64,000 nt of DNA from NCBI RefSeq assembly GCF_009914755.1, contig NC_060931.1; one strand, 5' to 3'. The notes beneath the pieces were generated by a model. The model saw only the letters and a program-made list of their open reading frames with translations. It did not search any database and was not told where the DNA came from. This DNA is from the human T2T-CHM13v2.0 reference genome, Homo sapiens. The translations under genes and the position numbers were made by a program. Shown here piece by piece: positions 14,136 through 26,739 of this stretch. Positions within the stretch are counted from its first letter, which is position 1. Each line of letters begins with the position of its first letter.

Positions 14136-15249
14136 GAGAAAGAGAGAAAAGAAAACTGTTGATAGGCTTTAGAAAAGCTATAAGGATGAAAAAGTTAACA
14201 ACACATTGTAGACTATTTGTGAAAATCATGCCATCTCCTGAGACATCCTATCAGATAATCTGACTAGTAAATTAAAGACTAATAAGGCATTTCTTAGCCA
14301 GTGTAAGGTTAAGTGTTTAACACAGCCAATACTTTTCTAACTCTGCAAACTGAAAACATGTTTATTAAAAGGCTCACGTCACATTGAATGGCCACATCTA
14401 CATCCTTGATATGGTTATGTAGAGTTTTTGGGCTAATCAATTACAAAAAATAAAAAGAATTAAAAGAATTAAAAATCATTGCTTCGTTGTATGATTTAGT
14501 CATGCGAAAGTAACAGGACACTGCAGTCACTGTGATGATATTGGTAGTTGAAATGCAGCTTTTGACAACATAAAGTGTTTCTGTCTGAATGCTTGTAACG
14601 CAATCATGAATTTTCTCTCTTGGAAATGGTGATTCTTTGAAGCAGAGTCATATGGATTTCAAAGAAAAAATTTAACATTTTGTCTACTTTTTCTGTTCCA
14701 AAAGATATAGAGAAAATGCATCTGGTGTTTCTATGTCTTCCAACTCTTTTGTGCTACTACAGAATAGATAAGCCATTCTACTATTATATAAAAGTGGTGG
14801 GACATCGCTGGGATAGAAAATTTACAACAGAGAGTAAAAGTGAATCCTTGAAGATGTGAAAAGCCAATTCAAGTTCTGTTATAAAATGGGACCAAAACCA
14901 TTAATATATTCCTTATTTTTTTACCTTTCCTACACTACTTCCTTCCTCCATCCCCACACAGATGCAAATATAGAACCAAAGTCTGGCAGGAATGCCAAAT
15001 AATTGTAAGAGCAAAAATAATGTATGTTTTCTTTGCTTGTGGCAGTTTTATTATCATCAACTTGCTAATTTTATATTTCATAGTTTACTGGTAAACTTTT
15101 ACTATGTGTAAGGCTGATCTAAAACAAAATGTCAATCAATGCTTCTATATTTGAAATATTATAGTTGGTGATACATTAATGGTTCTCAAAACATATTTTC
15201 TCATTAATAGATCAGTCATCACAAAATGAATCACAAAAAAGATGTTTGC

Positions 15250-15685
15250 AGTTGGTATAGTGGTCCCCCCAAAAGATAAATCCACATTCTAATCCCCAGA
15301 ACCTATGAAGGTGATGTTCTTTGGAAAAAGGGCCTCTATAGGTGTAACTTAATTAAGGATTTCAAGATGAGATAATCCTGGATTATCTGGGTGCATCCTA
15401 CATTCAATGATTAGTATCCATGTGACAAAAAACACACGTGGGAGAAACAAGTAGGGAAGAGAAGTCACATAAAGATGGAGGCAGAGAATGAGTGATACAT
15501 CCTCAAGCTCAAGAATGCTGATGGTCACAAGAAGCTGGAGGAGGCAAGGAAGGGAATCTCTGGAGGGAGCACAGCCCTTTCAATACCAGACTTGTGGCCT
15601 CTAGAACTGTGAGAGAATAAATAACTGGTGTTTTAAGCCAACAAGTTTGTGGTAATTTGTTACGACAGCCTCAGAAAACCAATAC
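15250..15685 (+). mobile_element. MaLR LTR (MLT1B/C-like)
   Basis: ccccccaaaagata..ctaatccccagaacct..tttgtggtaatttgttacgacagcc termini. Confidence 0.8.
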
Positions 15686-16719
15686 TACATTTTTTTCTTT
15701 TCATGCCTTTCCTGTCATTCAAAGGTTAAAAATGATAACAATAATCACACCCACTGAACACTATCTGCATGTCAAAATAGTGATACGTTTCTTACAGTCT
15801 TCTTATTCAACCTTTTTAAGGACTCTGTGAAGATGACATTATTATTAACTCATATTTGTTGATGAAGAAACAGAACTAGGATTCAATGCCAAGTAGATCT
15901 GACTCCAGTCCATGCTCCTCCAGCAAAAATAGGAAAGAATGAAGAATATAAAGTAAATAAATCCTTCTTTGCTTGCATGTACATTCTAAAAGTCCCTGGA
16001 ACGAAGGCAAAGAATAGGGAGACGGGAAACAAGGTGGACGGGTCTCTTCTGCTGCACTACATTTTTAAAAATCTCTGAACCATGTTAATGTATTATCTAC
16101 TCAAAAATAAATTACAAAAGAAAAACATCAGTTGCCTGGCAAAAAGAAGCTGATAAATTCCCAATTGGATAATAAGAAATTAATGAAAATATTATAAATT
16201 TATGGGCAGAATGAACAATTTTGAGAATACTGCTAAAATTATATCATACATAGAAAAATATGTCAAGAAATTATTAGGTACTACTAGAGTGCTGCTCAAA
16301 TAAAAGTCAGTCCCTTCTTATAATATTTCCTAAGTCTCCCACCTTCTACTTCACTTTCAATCATCCACTTTACCACCAACAACAGGCCAGGAGTAAATGA
16401 AATTAATGAAATATCCCAATGTTCAATGTACAAGTCTCTCCCTCAGGAATTTCTTTCCTTTCCTATTTGCTGTAGTTATTCAAAATTTGATATTATAGCC
16501 TAAGATAGTGTAAACCATTAGATGTCTCAAAACACAGATTATGAAATTATTACCAAGGGAGCTATAAATTCTTATTTGTTGATGATATTTAAGAAAATGA
16601 GGAACTTTTTTTGTTTTAAGTAATTTGCATTTAGACTTAGTTAGGAGAAGGAAGTAATTATGACCTCTGATGACATTCCTGAACTTACAGCTCTAAAACT
16701 TTAGCGTCTTTCACCATAA

Positions 16720-17087
<368 letters not shown>

Positions 17088-18076
17088 CCAGAAATAGGAT
17101 TTCATTGTTATATTACTCTTCCTTACATCGCTCTTCTTGTCATTAAAAATAATTTCTCTAATAATTTTAAAAAGATTAAGAAAATAAGTCTTTATCAAAA
17201 TAGTGACTCAGTTTTTCATTTTTATCAATTAGCATTTTATCAAATCTTCACAACTACTCTACATGCCAATAGAAATTGATGGTTCATCTTTGCCAGAGAC
17301 ATACACAAACCCCAAAAGATAATTGAGTAGATTAGAGTGAACACCAATAAAATCTAGGTCAAACTTAATAACCTTCAAACAGCAGCAGCCACAGTGCATA
17401 CTAAATGTACCAACCATGAACTAGACATTTTGATGAAGTCAAAACCAATTCAGGGCCGCCTGAGGATGATCCATTTCCATATACTGACTTTTGCATGACT
17501 TTCCCTTTTCAGTATATTTACTTTCAAATGTAACTTTTATTTCACTACTTTAAGTGTTCAAAATGACAAGCTGAATCCTGGTAATTAATTTCTGATTGAC
17601 TTTTCCTAATATGACTCACCAAATTAAGCCATAAGAGACAGAAACTGGCAGAGGTAGAAACTTGTGGTTAAGGTATAACAAACTAACTGAAACCTGCAAA
17701 TAACCAGGATTTCAATATTAGAAATCACAAATGAAACTTAGAAAGAGCAGAATCAGCAAATTATACTGAGTCTATGCCAACCAAGACCTTTCTCATAGAG
17801 ACTCTACTTGTTTTCAGGATCATTTACATTTAATTCTATGGAGCAATGCGGGTATGCTTTCAAGCACCCTAAAGTTGACAAGTGCTTCTGCAAAATATTT
17901 TCTTCCTTGTTTGTTCCTTGTTTGCATACCGGAGAGGAGATTGAACCAGAAATTCTCTTTTAAAAAGGGTTTTGAAATGTGCGCATTTTCTTCAATCAAA
18001 TTCACTTATTTCTTGAAAAAAAAATATTCTAAGAGTACCATTGTGAGCTAAGGCATTAGGGAAGATAAACATAAAC

Positions 18077-18629
18077 TGTGATGATTGCATTAACCAAGTG
18101 TCAACTTGATTGGATTGAAGGATGCAAAATAGTGTTCCTGGGTGTGTCTGTGAGGGTGTTGCCGAAGGAGATTAACAATTGAGTCGGTGGACTGGGAGAG
18201 GCAGACCCATCCTCAAACTGGCTGGGTACTACGTAAATTGCTGCCAGCTTGGCTAGAATAAAGCAAGCAGAAGTTGTGAAGACTTGGCTTGCTGAGTCTT
18301 CTGGCCTTCATCTTCTGTGCTGGATGCTTCCTGCCTTCAAACATCAGACTCCAAGTTCTTCAGCTCTTGGACTCTTGGACTTACATCAGTGATTTGCCAG
18401 GGGCTCTTGGGCCTTTGGCTATAGACTGAAGGCTGCACTGTTGGCTTCCCTACTTTTGAGGTTTTCGGACTCAGACTGGCTTCCTTGCTCCTCAGCTTGC
18501 AGACAGCCTATCGTGGCCTGTTGTGTCCATCACACCTTGTGATCACGTGAGTCAATACTCCTTAATAAACTCCCCATTTATATATACATGTATCCTATTA
18601 GTTCTGTCCCTCTAGGGAACCCTAATACA
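18077..18629 (+). mobile_element. ERVL solo LTR, MLT2A2-like
   Basis: TGTGATG..gtcaacttgattggattgaaggatgcaaa..ccctaataca, ~553 bp. Confidence 0.85.
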
Positions 18630-19109
18630 GTAGGTTTCTCCTTTCCAGAGGTATGCACCCTAGGTAGGGACACAGAAAGATGTGGTAAGTGACAGTGAAA
18701 TGTGATGTACCAGGTGCCTATGGAGAACAGGGTTACTGATTTATTCTGGGGAATTAGGGAACATTTCACAGATGTCTTTGAGATAGAAGGCCACTGAAGA
18801 GCTAATGCTTTAAAGTTTTTGAAAGTGATTTGGCTTTTTGCTTTTTTCAGAAGGAGCTTCCCTTAGTATGCTCTATATTTTTGACATTATTGTGAGGCTT
18901 CTGTTAATTTGAAAGTCCTAATGCTGAGAATTGATCTTATGTGTTTCTACATTTTTGAAATAGTATTTTATATTTATGTGCTTTACCAAGCTTCTATGTA
19001 TCATTATCTTTGTACATTTTAAGAAAGCAATGATCACTATGGGGTATGTCCCAATAATAATTATGGTTTTATTCATACTACTTCTTTGCCCCAGTAACTG
19101 GCAGGAATT

Positions 19110-19320
19110 TTTTAAAACATTTTGAGATAATTTTAGATTTACAGAGGAGTTACAAAAATAGTTGAGTTCGCATACACCTTTCACCCAGCTTTCCCTAATG
19201 TTAACATCTTATATAACCATAGCACAATTGTCAAAACTAAGAAATTAACATTGGCTTAACACTACAGACTTTATTTAGATTTCATCAGTTTTTCCTGTGA
19301 AGTCCTTTTTCTTTTCTGAG
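19110..19320 (-). mobile_element. L1MC-type 3' fragment
   Basis: ataattttagatttacagaggagttacaaaaatag..cacccagctttccctaatgttaacatctt. Confidence 0.6.
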
Positions 19321-22300
19321 ATCATGACCTTTTTAAAAAAATAATTTACTGAATGACTAGTTATTTAAGAGAGAAAAAAGAATAAGAATTAGAACTGCCA
19401 GCTTCTTAAATGAGAGATTCATGTTGAATAATATTTATTTTTGTTTATGTTTTGAAGCATTTAAGTGAGATAAGCTTTGTTCAATGTTGTTTTATATGCT
19501 ACTCATTGTATAACATTGGCTGAACTCTGACAAATAGTAGCTACACAAAAATACATTTTTTCACGATTCAATTCTCCACACTTCACTGTTTTAAAACTGA
19601 AGGTGGTTCCTTACCTTGGGGATGGAAGGGTCAGTTCCATCTGAGGAGGTTTCTCAAGACAGTGGCATCTATAAATTCCCTTCTCTAGTGGGAGAGTGGT
19701 AGCTGCAGGCACTTATATGGAGATGTTCATCTGCTAGAAACAAAAGCTCTTCCACCATCTAACATCAAAGCAAGAGGTGATTTGTCATAGGGATCATTGG
19801 ACATACCTCATTATTCCTCTGCATTATTTCTTATCTAATTAGCCAATAGAGACAAGATGCTTTATTCAAATTACCCTCCCTTTGAGGGATATCACTGTAA
19901 AGTGCACATAAGAATTCTAGTAAACCAGGCCAAGGAGAGAAATGCCTGAGATAACACTCCCCTGCTTGTTTCTTCTGTTCTCCTATTCAGACTGGAAGCA
20001 TTGGCTGGGATCACATTATGTTTTCATCTATTCAGTAATGTGAAAGCTTGGATCTTGGAATAACAAATGTGCTTAACTACCCATGGCATACCACAAAGAA
20101 CATTATTTTGACATATATATGAAAACTGGAAATATAAATTGCTCTGGCACAAGGAGGACACTTTATCTCTCCTAGAAGTTAACAGTAGACTACTCCAAGA
20201 TAACTTTTCAGAGCACTGCATTTTAATAATTCTCCAGAGTCCTTGGCATTAGTCAGAAATTATCTTTTCTTGCAGTGGCATGTCTAATGTCAGTGTACTG
20301 CAAAGAGCTTGCACCACTGCTGGAACTTGTATGCTTATTATAGATTTGGTTCATTAGCTAGAAAAAAACATTAACAGCCACAGTATTTCCTTCCATTAAG
20401 AATAAGCTTCAGCTAGTGTGTTTCACAACTCTCATATGACAGAGTGCCAAGATGCTACAAAAACAAAAATTCCACTTTGCTTTGAAAATAGAAGCATTTA
20501 AAGAACTGTAGAAATAGCTGTTACCTATTTAAGAGGTCACTGGAAAGACTAGTGGTCTGGAGAAAATGTATATGGCAATGTTTGTAAACTGTAAAGAATT
20601 ATGCATACATCAGGCTTAAGTGCAATTCTACTTCTTTATGTCTTCCACAAATCCTTGCATATAAAAATACTAAGATGTTTGTCAATTGTCTATTATGTTC
20701 TGTCCAAAGGATCCTGATAGATAATAAATGACAAAATCATTAGTTATATCTCAATAAACCTAATTGAAACATACATGTAAAATACAAAACTCCCCATCTA
20801 TTCTTGATATACTTTGATATAGTATTTTAGCAGGGTTTTTGTTTGGAACTATCTAAATCCACTTGACATAATCATTTCCTCATGAACGGATTTTAAAAAT
20901 TAAGTGACTCAAACTCCATGATAAATGCTTAAAGCCTTAAAATATTGTTTTTCTTCTCTTCACTTAATCTACTGGTTGGGTTAGGCTCAAGGAACCACAG
21001 AGATTAGAAAGATTCTGATCCAATATCACTGTCCTCTTTTATACACATGAAGCTGAACTTAGAATCATGAAAAATTCTGCAGCCACCGATTGTAAGAATA
21101 TGAGGCTGATGTTGCTTCAAATGTATATCATGAGCAAACTGTTTCTCGCTAAAGTCTGGATGTAATGTTTTTCTCATCAGATTGATTGTCAAGACCTTCA
21201 TTTGATGTGTAACAAGATAAAACCTGGGAAGTGGTGGACTCTGATTGATTTTCTGATTTGCCCCGCTGCATGGCACAGTCAACAATTAGATTGGTTGTTT
21301 CAAAGCCTTTTATTTCACCATTACGAATTTCTACCTGTAAAGAAACAAGCCTATGGCAGTTGCTGTGGTGATCGTGCCTATGGCTAGGCCCCAGGCATAA
21401 GCAAACACATACTGTCCTGACATACCAGTAACTACAAGTTTCAAATTTTAGTCCTTTGACTACAAAACAGAAAAAGAACATGTAAACAGTGAGTCATTTG
21501 CCATTCATGAATCAGCTTTCAGTGATGAAGAAACAATGAATACAACTATTATTATTAATGTCCTTCTTAAGAAAAGTAACTCTTATACTATCAAGGGAAC
21601 TTCTATGGCTTGACCATAAACACAGGAAAAAGAGAAACTCCGGTAAAAAGCATTGTTTTGAGAATAAATTAAAATAAAGCATTTGATAGGGACACTTACC
21701 CAGCAAACCAATCTTCTATATAAAGACAATGTATATATGCATTTGGTGTCATTAATAGCATCAAAAACAAACAAACAGAAAGTCTTAAAAGAAAAATAGA
21801 GAGTGAACTCATAGAAGCATAAAAGGTGAACTCTTAAATATATTGGATTCTCCCTGAAAGGAGGCTTTATTATATGTCTACACACATTTTACTTTTAAGG
21901 GAGGTTCTAACCTTTTATTAGTAGAATATTTCAAAAGAATTCACTAAGCCTTTTATATTTAAGCATTACTTTTTCATAAAATAAAATCTATCAAATATAC
22001 TTTATACACAAATATTTTGGTCACAGCTCATTATTACTTAATTAAAATAAATTGCCAACACACTTATAATTTGATCTAAATTATGACTCAAAAGATCTCA
22101 CTTTTAAATTAGAGTATCACTCCTATAAATATGACATTATTCTTTGTTTAGGCATTCCTTCAAGGTAGACTAAAACTGATTTCTCAGAACTTACCTTTTT
22201 GAAAGTTATATCCCAATGCCCTACAGGTTATCTCACATTATAGCCTGATTGCTAGTGATTGACAAGAGAAGCCCAGGAATAGCCCCCCACTGATGCACAG

Positions 22301-25254
22301 GGGAATAAAAAGCCTTCCTCCTTCCTTGGCCCTTAAGGCAGCATTCAGCTCACCTTGTAGCTCAGTCTCAAGTTTACCTGAGTCTAATGTATGACAAAGG
22401 AATGATTCCCATGATTATTGAAAAGTCTGACTTCTACCTAAAATGCTCTTTTCCTCACTTTGTGATTTCACATAGAGCACTGATTCATTTGAACAGGCAA
22501 CCTTTATCAGCATGAAGCCAGGTTTGGGCCTATAAGAACATAGACAGCACTGTTTCTCCCCAGTGTGTCTTTAATTTCCTTTATTACAGCAAAATTGAGA
22601 AGAGGCTTCTGGTGAAAACGTTTGTAGTTCTGCAGGCAGATAAAAGGGTGTGGATAGGGATCGGGATTTATTTTTGTTTCTCTTCTAAGAAGTCCTCTGG
22701 AGGTTCCATTTCAGCGCTACCTTTGCCAACGGAGTCCTGCAATGACATACCAGACTCATTAAAGGGGCCCCATCCTTCTGGCCAGTCACAAGGTCCTCTT
22801 GCTGCAGGTACCAGGTTTATCCTACGTTTCTCTCACTATGGGGAACTGGGCAGGCCGGTTTTAATATTAGATATTCTAATAATGTAAATAAAGGGCAGAT
22901 AATAACGTCCTCACTAGGAAACAGGATTCTCAAGTTAGAGAAAAAATAAGTAGATAATTGGATGTCTAATTTTTTTCTTCAAATAGCTTCTTTTTAATAC
23001 TTAAACACCAGTGCTGAGACTCAACAATTTAAATGGCCTCATTTCTTCTTTCAGTGCTTTGGAAGGTACAGGAACAGCATTTCCCACCTTTTATCCCATC
23101 TACGTGTTCTAGTTATTGCTCCAAAGTAGAATTGGTATACACAGCTGATTAAACAATTTGAAAAAATGTTCTGGTTCATGCCTCTGCCACTACACTGCCT
23201 TAGAGCCTTATATTTCAAGAAAATGGTATATTCAAAAAAGGTTATTTTCTGTTAAGAGAAAGATAACAAAAGGAGCTATTAAAAACTTTCAACTACATCT
23301 AACCATTCATAGTTATGCATGATAAGGGAATAAAAAGGAGTATGATGAAGAAAGATGTTCTTTTGAAACTTGTATTGCTGGGGTGAAAAATGGAATCGTG
23401 GCATAAGATGTGTGGGGGAAAAGATTATAGCAAAGATATTAGCGCTAAAACAGAGAGACCAAGGAAGATTAGCTTTTATTTTTCTATATGGATATAGAAA
23501 TATGGATATAGCTTTTATATTTCTATACGGATATACTGTTGAGTGAACAGAAAATAAACAGTTGAACATATATTTGGATATGTGGTCTTAAAAAGTTAAC
23601 TCTAACTTCACGAGTATGGCCTTACAAACAGACATCAAAGTCCTTCTAGGCATAAAGCATGTCGGAGGAGGCATCTTTAAAAATGAAAACAAACACTTCA
23701 AAGAACCTATCCCCCGGATACTCTCATAGCTGTACCAGGACACACACTTGTTTTTATAACTTAAAAATAAATTTTTTTTAATTATACTTTTTAGATCAAT
23801 GCTGCATTCAATTTGCATGTAGATCTACTGACATTCTGTCTGAGATGAAAAGATACGAGACTACTTGACAGGCATTCAGAATTTCTTTATAATCTCCTGC
23901 TTCATTAGGTAGGAAAAAACACATCAATAATCAAGTATAGATACTTAAATGAAAGAACATTAAAAAGTTGGTGAATTTGGCTATTAAGTAGTCCATGTAA
24001 TTATCTTTTATTCATTCATTTCACAGTCTGTGTCCTATATTGCTTAATTACAAAGAAAAGAGTAGACTGCTCATGTGTACACTAACTGCTAAATGTGTAA
24101 GCAAACGAATGAATGATCCTGTTCTCAATCCACGAGAAAAGAAAATATTAATGAAGAGAATACAAAGAAGGCAAAAATAGGAGGATATAATCAACAAAAT
24201 TATTTACTACCCTCTTAGTAAAACATGGTTATGAACACATAGTATAAGACCTAATTTAGATAACTCCCATACTTGATCTTACTCACTATATTCATACTCC
24301 AAGTTTTTTAAAAATATATTACATCAGATTTAAACATCTGCAAAAAATATACTAATGATGAAAAGTCAATTAATGCAAGGATGGGAGCCCTAGAGTAGCC
24401 TCTGTATATTTTCTAAGAGGCTATGATACTAAAACATTAAAACAACAATTTTTTTGGTGATTTTCAGTATTCATATTCTACAGTAAAAAGATTTAAATTG
24501 TTTAAGTATATAATTGTACTGATATATTACCTCTATTCAGGTGAGAAAATTCCTTTATCCCTATTTATAAAGGTGTTCTTTTTAAATAGGAAGGATTCAC
24601 ATTTAATTTTATCAGATGTTCCTTCTGCATCTGTTGAAGTGACCATATAACAAGTTGTAAAACAACCATTTTGAAGCTGATACTTTTCATCTTCTATTTA
24701 ACCAAGAGAAATGGTTTCTATATATTTATGTCTGAAGTGTTTTCATCTAAGAAGTAAATACCAAACTAGGTTTAAAAGCCTACAGATCTGCCCTTATATG
24801 GCCATGCAATTTACTTTTATTCATTATTCTTGTCAAGAAATATAATCCTCATCTCTTTCATGCCTAAGTCTTTTTAAATTTTTTATTACAATATACAATA
24901 TTCATGGAACATCAATTAAAGGATGTATATGTATTCCGTTAATTTTTCTCATCTTTAAGTTTTTGCTTATATTCTTTTTAGTCCATTTGAAACCTGTATA
25001 CTTGGAATAAAGGCTTTTGCAACTTGTAGAATGATTTTTTTCCTGAAACATGCTTTGGTGCTAGCACCTAGAAATGCTATAATAAACATCTCTATGAATT
25101 TTATCATTACAATTTTTTTGTACAGATATTGGTGAGGCCATCATCTTTTATATCACACACAGTGTCCTTTTATGAGACCCATGAAAAAAGTTTTATTTAC
25201 TTGTTATCCCCAAGAAAAGCTGTTCAGGGGACACTGTAAATCTTTTAAGTGACT

Positions 25255-25620
25255 GTGCAGTTTTAAAACATGTCTGCAAGTTCTTTGACCCTCTTTCAAT
25301 ATAATTCCTTGCCCTTGAATTTGGTCTCACTTTAGTGACTCACTTCTAATGCACAGAAACTGATACAAGTGATGCTGCAGAATGTTTGGAGGTTGGGATA
25401 TAAAAAACAACACAGATTCTATTTATTTCTGCCTGTTGATTTCCTTTCTCCTCCTCCTACCCCCACTTCACCTCTATTCTCCCGCCCATCTTTTTCTTCC
25501 TTCCCCCTCTCTCTGTCTCTTTGTCTCTCTCTCCCTCCTGTCCAACATGCTTTGGAGACCTTACCCAACATATATAAGGAGTTCAACTTCAACTACCTGA
25601 GCCGTATAGACATAGAGAGA
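25255..25620 (+). mobile_element. MaLR LTR fragment (MLT1F/G-like)
   Basis: caagttctttgac..cccttgaatttgg..ttagtgactcacttctaa pattern. Confidence 0.55.
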
Positions 25621-25654
25621 GATGCTCTAGGAATATCAGATTATTTGTTACTCT

Positions 25655-26162
25655 TGTGCGAAAGGCATAATAATGGCTCCCCAAAGCTGTCCATGACCTG
25701 ATTCCTAGAGCCGGTGAATATGTTACATTACATGGCAAAGGGAAATTAGGGTTGGAGATGGAATTAAGTTCACTAATTAGCTGCCCTCAGGATTATCCAG
25801 GTGGTTCCAAGGAAATCACACAAATCCTTAAAAAAGGAAGAGGGAGGAAAAAGAGAGCAGTAGAGAGATATGACTGTAGAAGAATGGTCAAGGAGATGGA
25901 ATGTCACTGGTTTTATATATGGAGGAAAGGGGCCATATATAAAGCCAAGGAGCCAAGGAAGGTGGGAAGCTTCTAGATTCTGGAAAACGCAAGGAAACAG
26001 GTTCTCTCCTAGAACTTCCAGAAAAGAATGCAGCTTTGCTAACACTGAGGCCTGATAATGTCTATGCTGGACTTCTGACCTTCAGAAGAGTAAGATAATA
26101 AATTTGTATTAAGTCATTAAAGTTGTGATAAATTGTTGCAGCAGCAATAGAAAACTATATAC
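25655..26162 (+). mobile_element. MaLR LTR (MLT1D-like)
   Basis: aataatggctccccaaag..gtgaatatgttac..catggcaaagg..gcagcaatagaaaactatatac. Confidence 0.8.
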
Positions 26163-26682
26163 CCTTGTTTTAAGTCTCTAATGTAAGAAGGCTTTCTTAC
26201 ACATTATTTTATAAATGAAACAGTGACCTTGCTTAATTTCAGTTTTGGCCAGTAGGAAGCTCACTTTGCAGTATCTCTTATCTCCACTCTGTTCCTTTTT
26301 TCTTGATATGTTTCCTCTCCTGTGTTGGGGTTATTTTTGTATACTATCTCAAATCTATTTTAGAGCAGGGCCAGAAATAAATAAATAAGATTAGCTAAAA
26401 CAATATATATGCCATGAACTACCAGAACGAATGAAGTAGAAGAAAAAAAGAGTTTCTTCTCTTGCCTCTATTAAAAACACAACAAACCCCTAAAACAGAT
26501 AAATCACTATGGAGGGCATCAACTGAAGATAAAAGCAAAAATACATTTAATTAATTTGATATTTTCTAAAAATATGGAAATATTAGCTCTTCTGTTTTTC
26601 AATTTAAGAACAATAAAGAAAAATTTATTATCCAAAATATAATTAAAAATATATGTGTGTAGGTACATATGTGTATATGTAC

Positions 26683-26685
<3 letters not shown>

Positions 26686-26735
<50 letters not shown>
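26686..26735. repeat. Perfect (CA)25 microsatellite
   Basis: Uninterrupted CA run. Confidence 0.97.

Positions 26736-26739
<4 letters not shown>

Noticed and set aside
21004-21885. Cluster of 60-110 aa ORFs in unique DNA
   Set aside because: No recognisable domain, mostly non-ATG starts, low-complexity composition, and lengths expected by chance.
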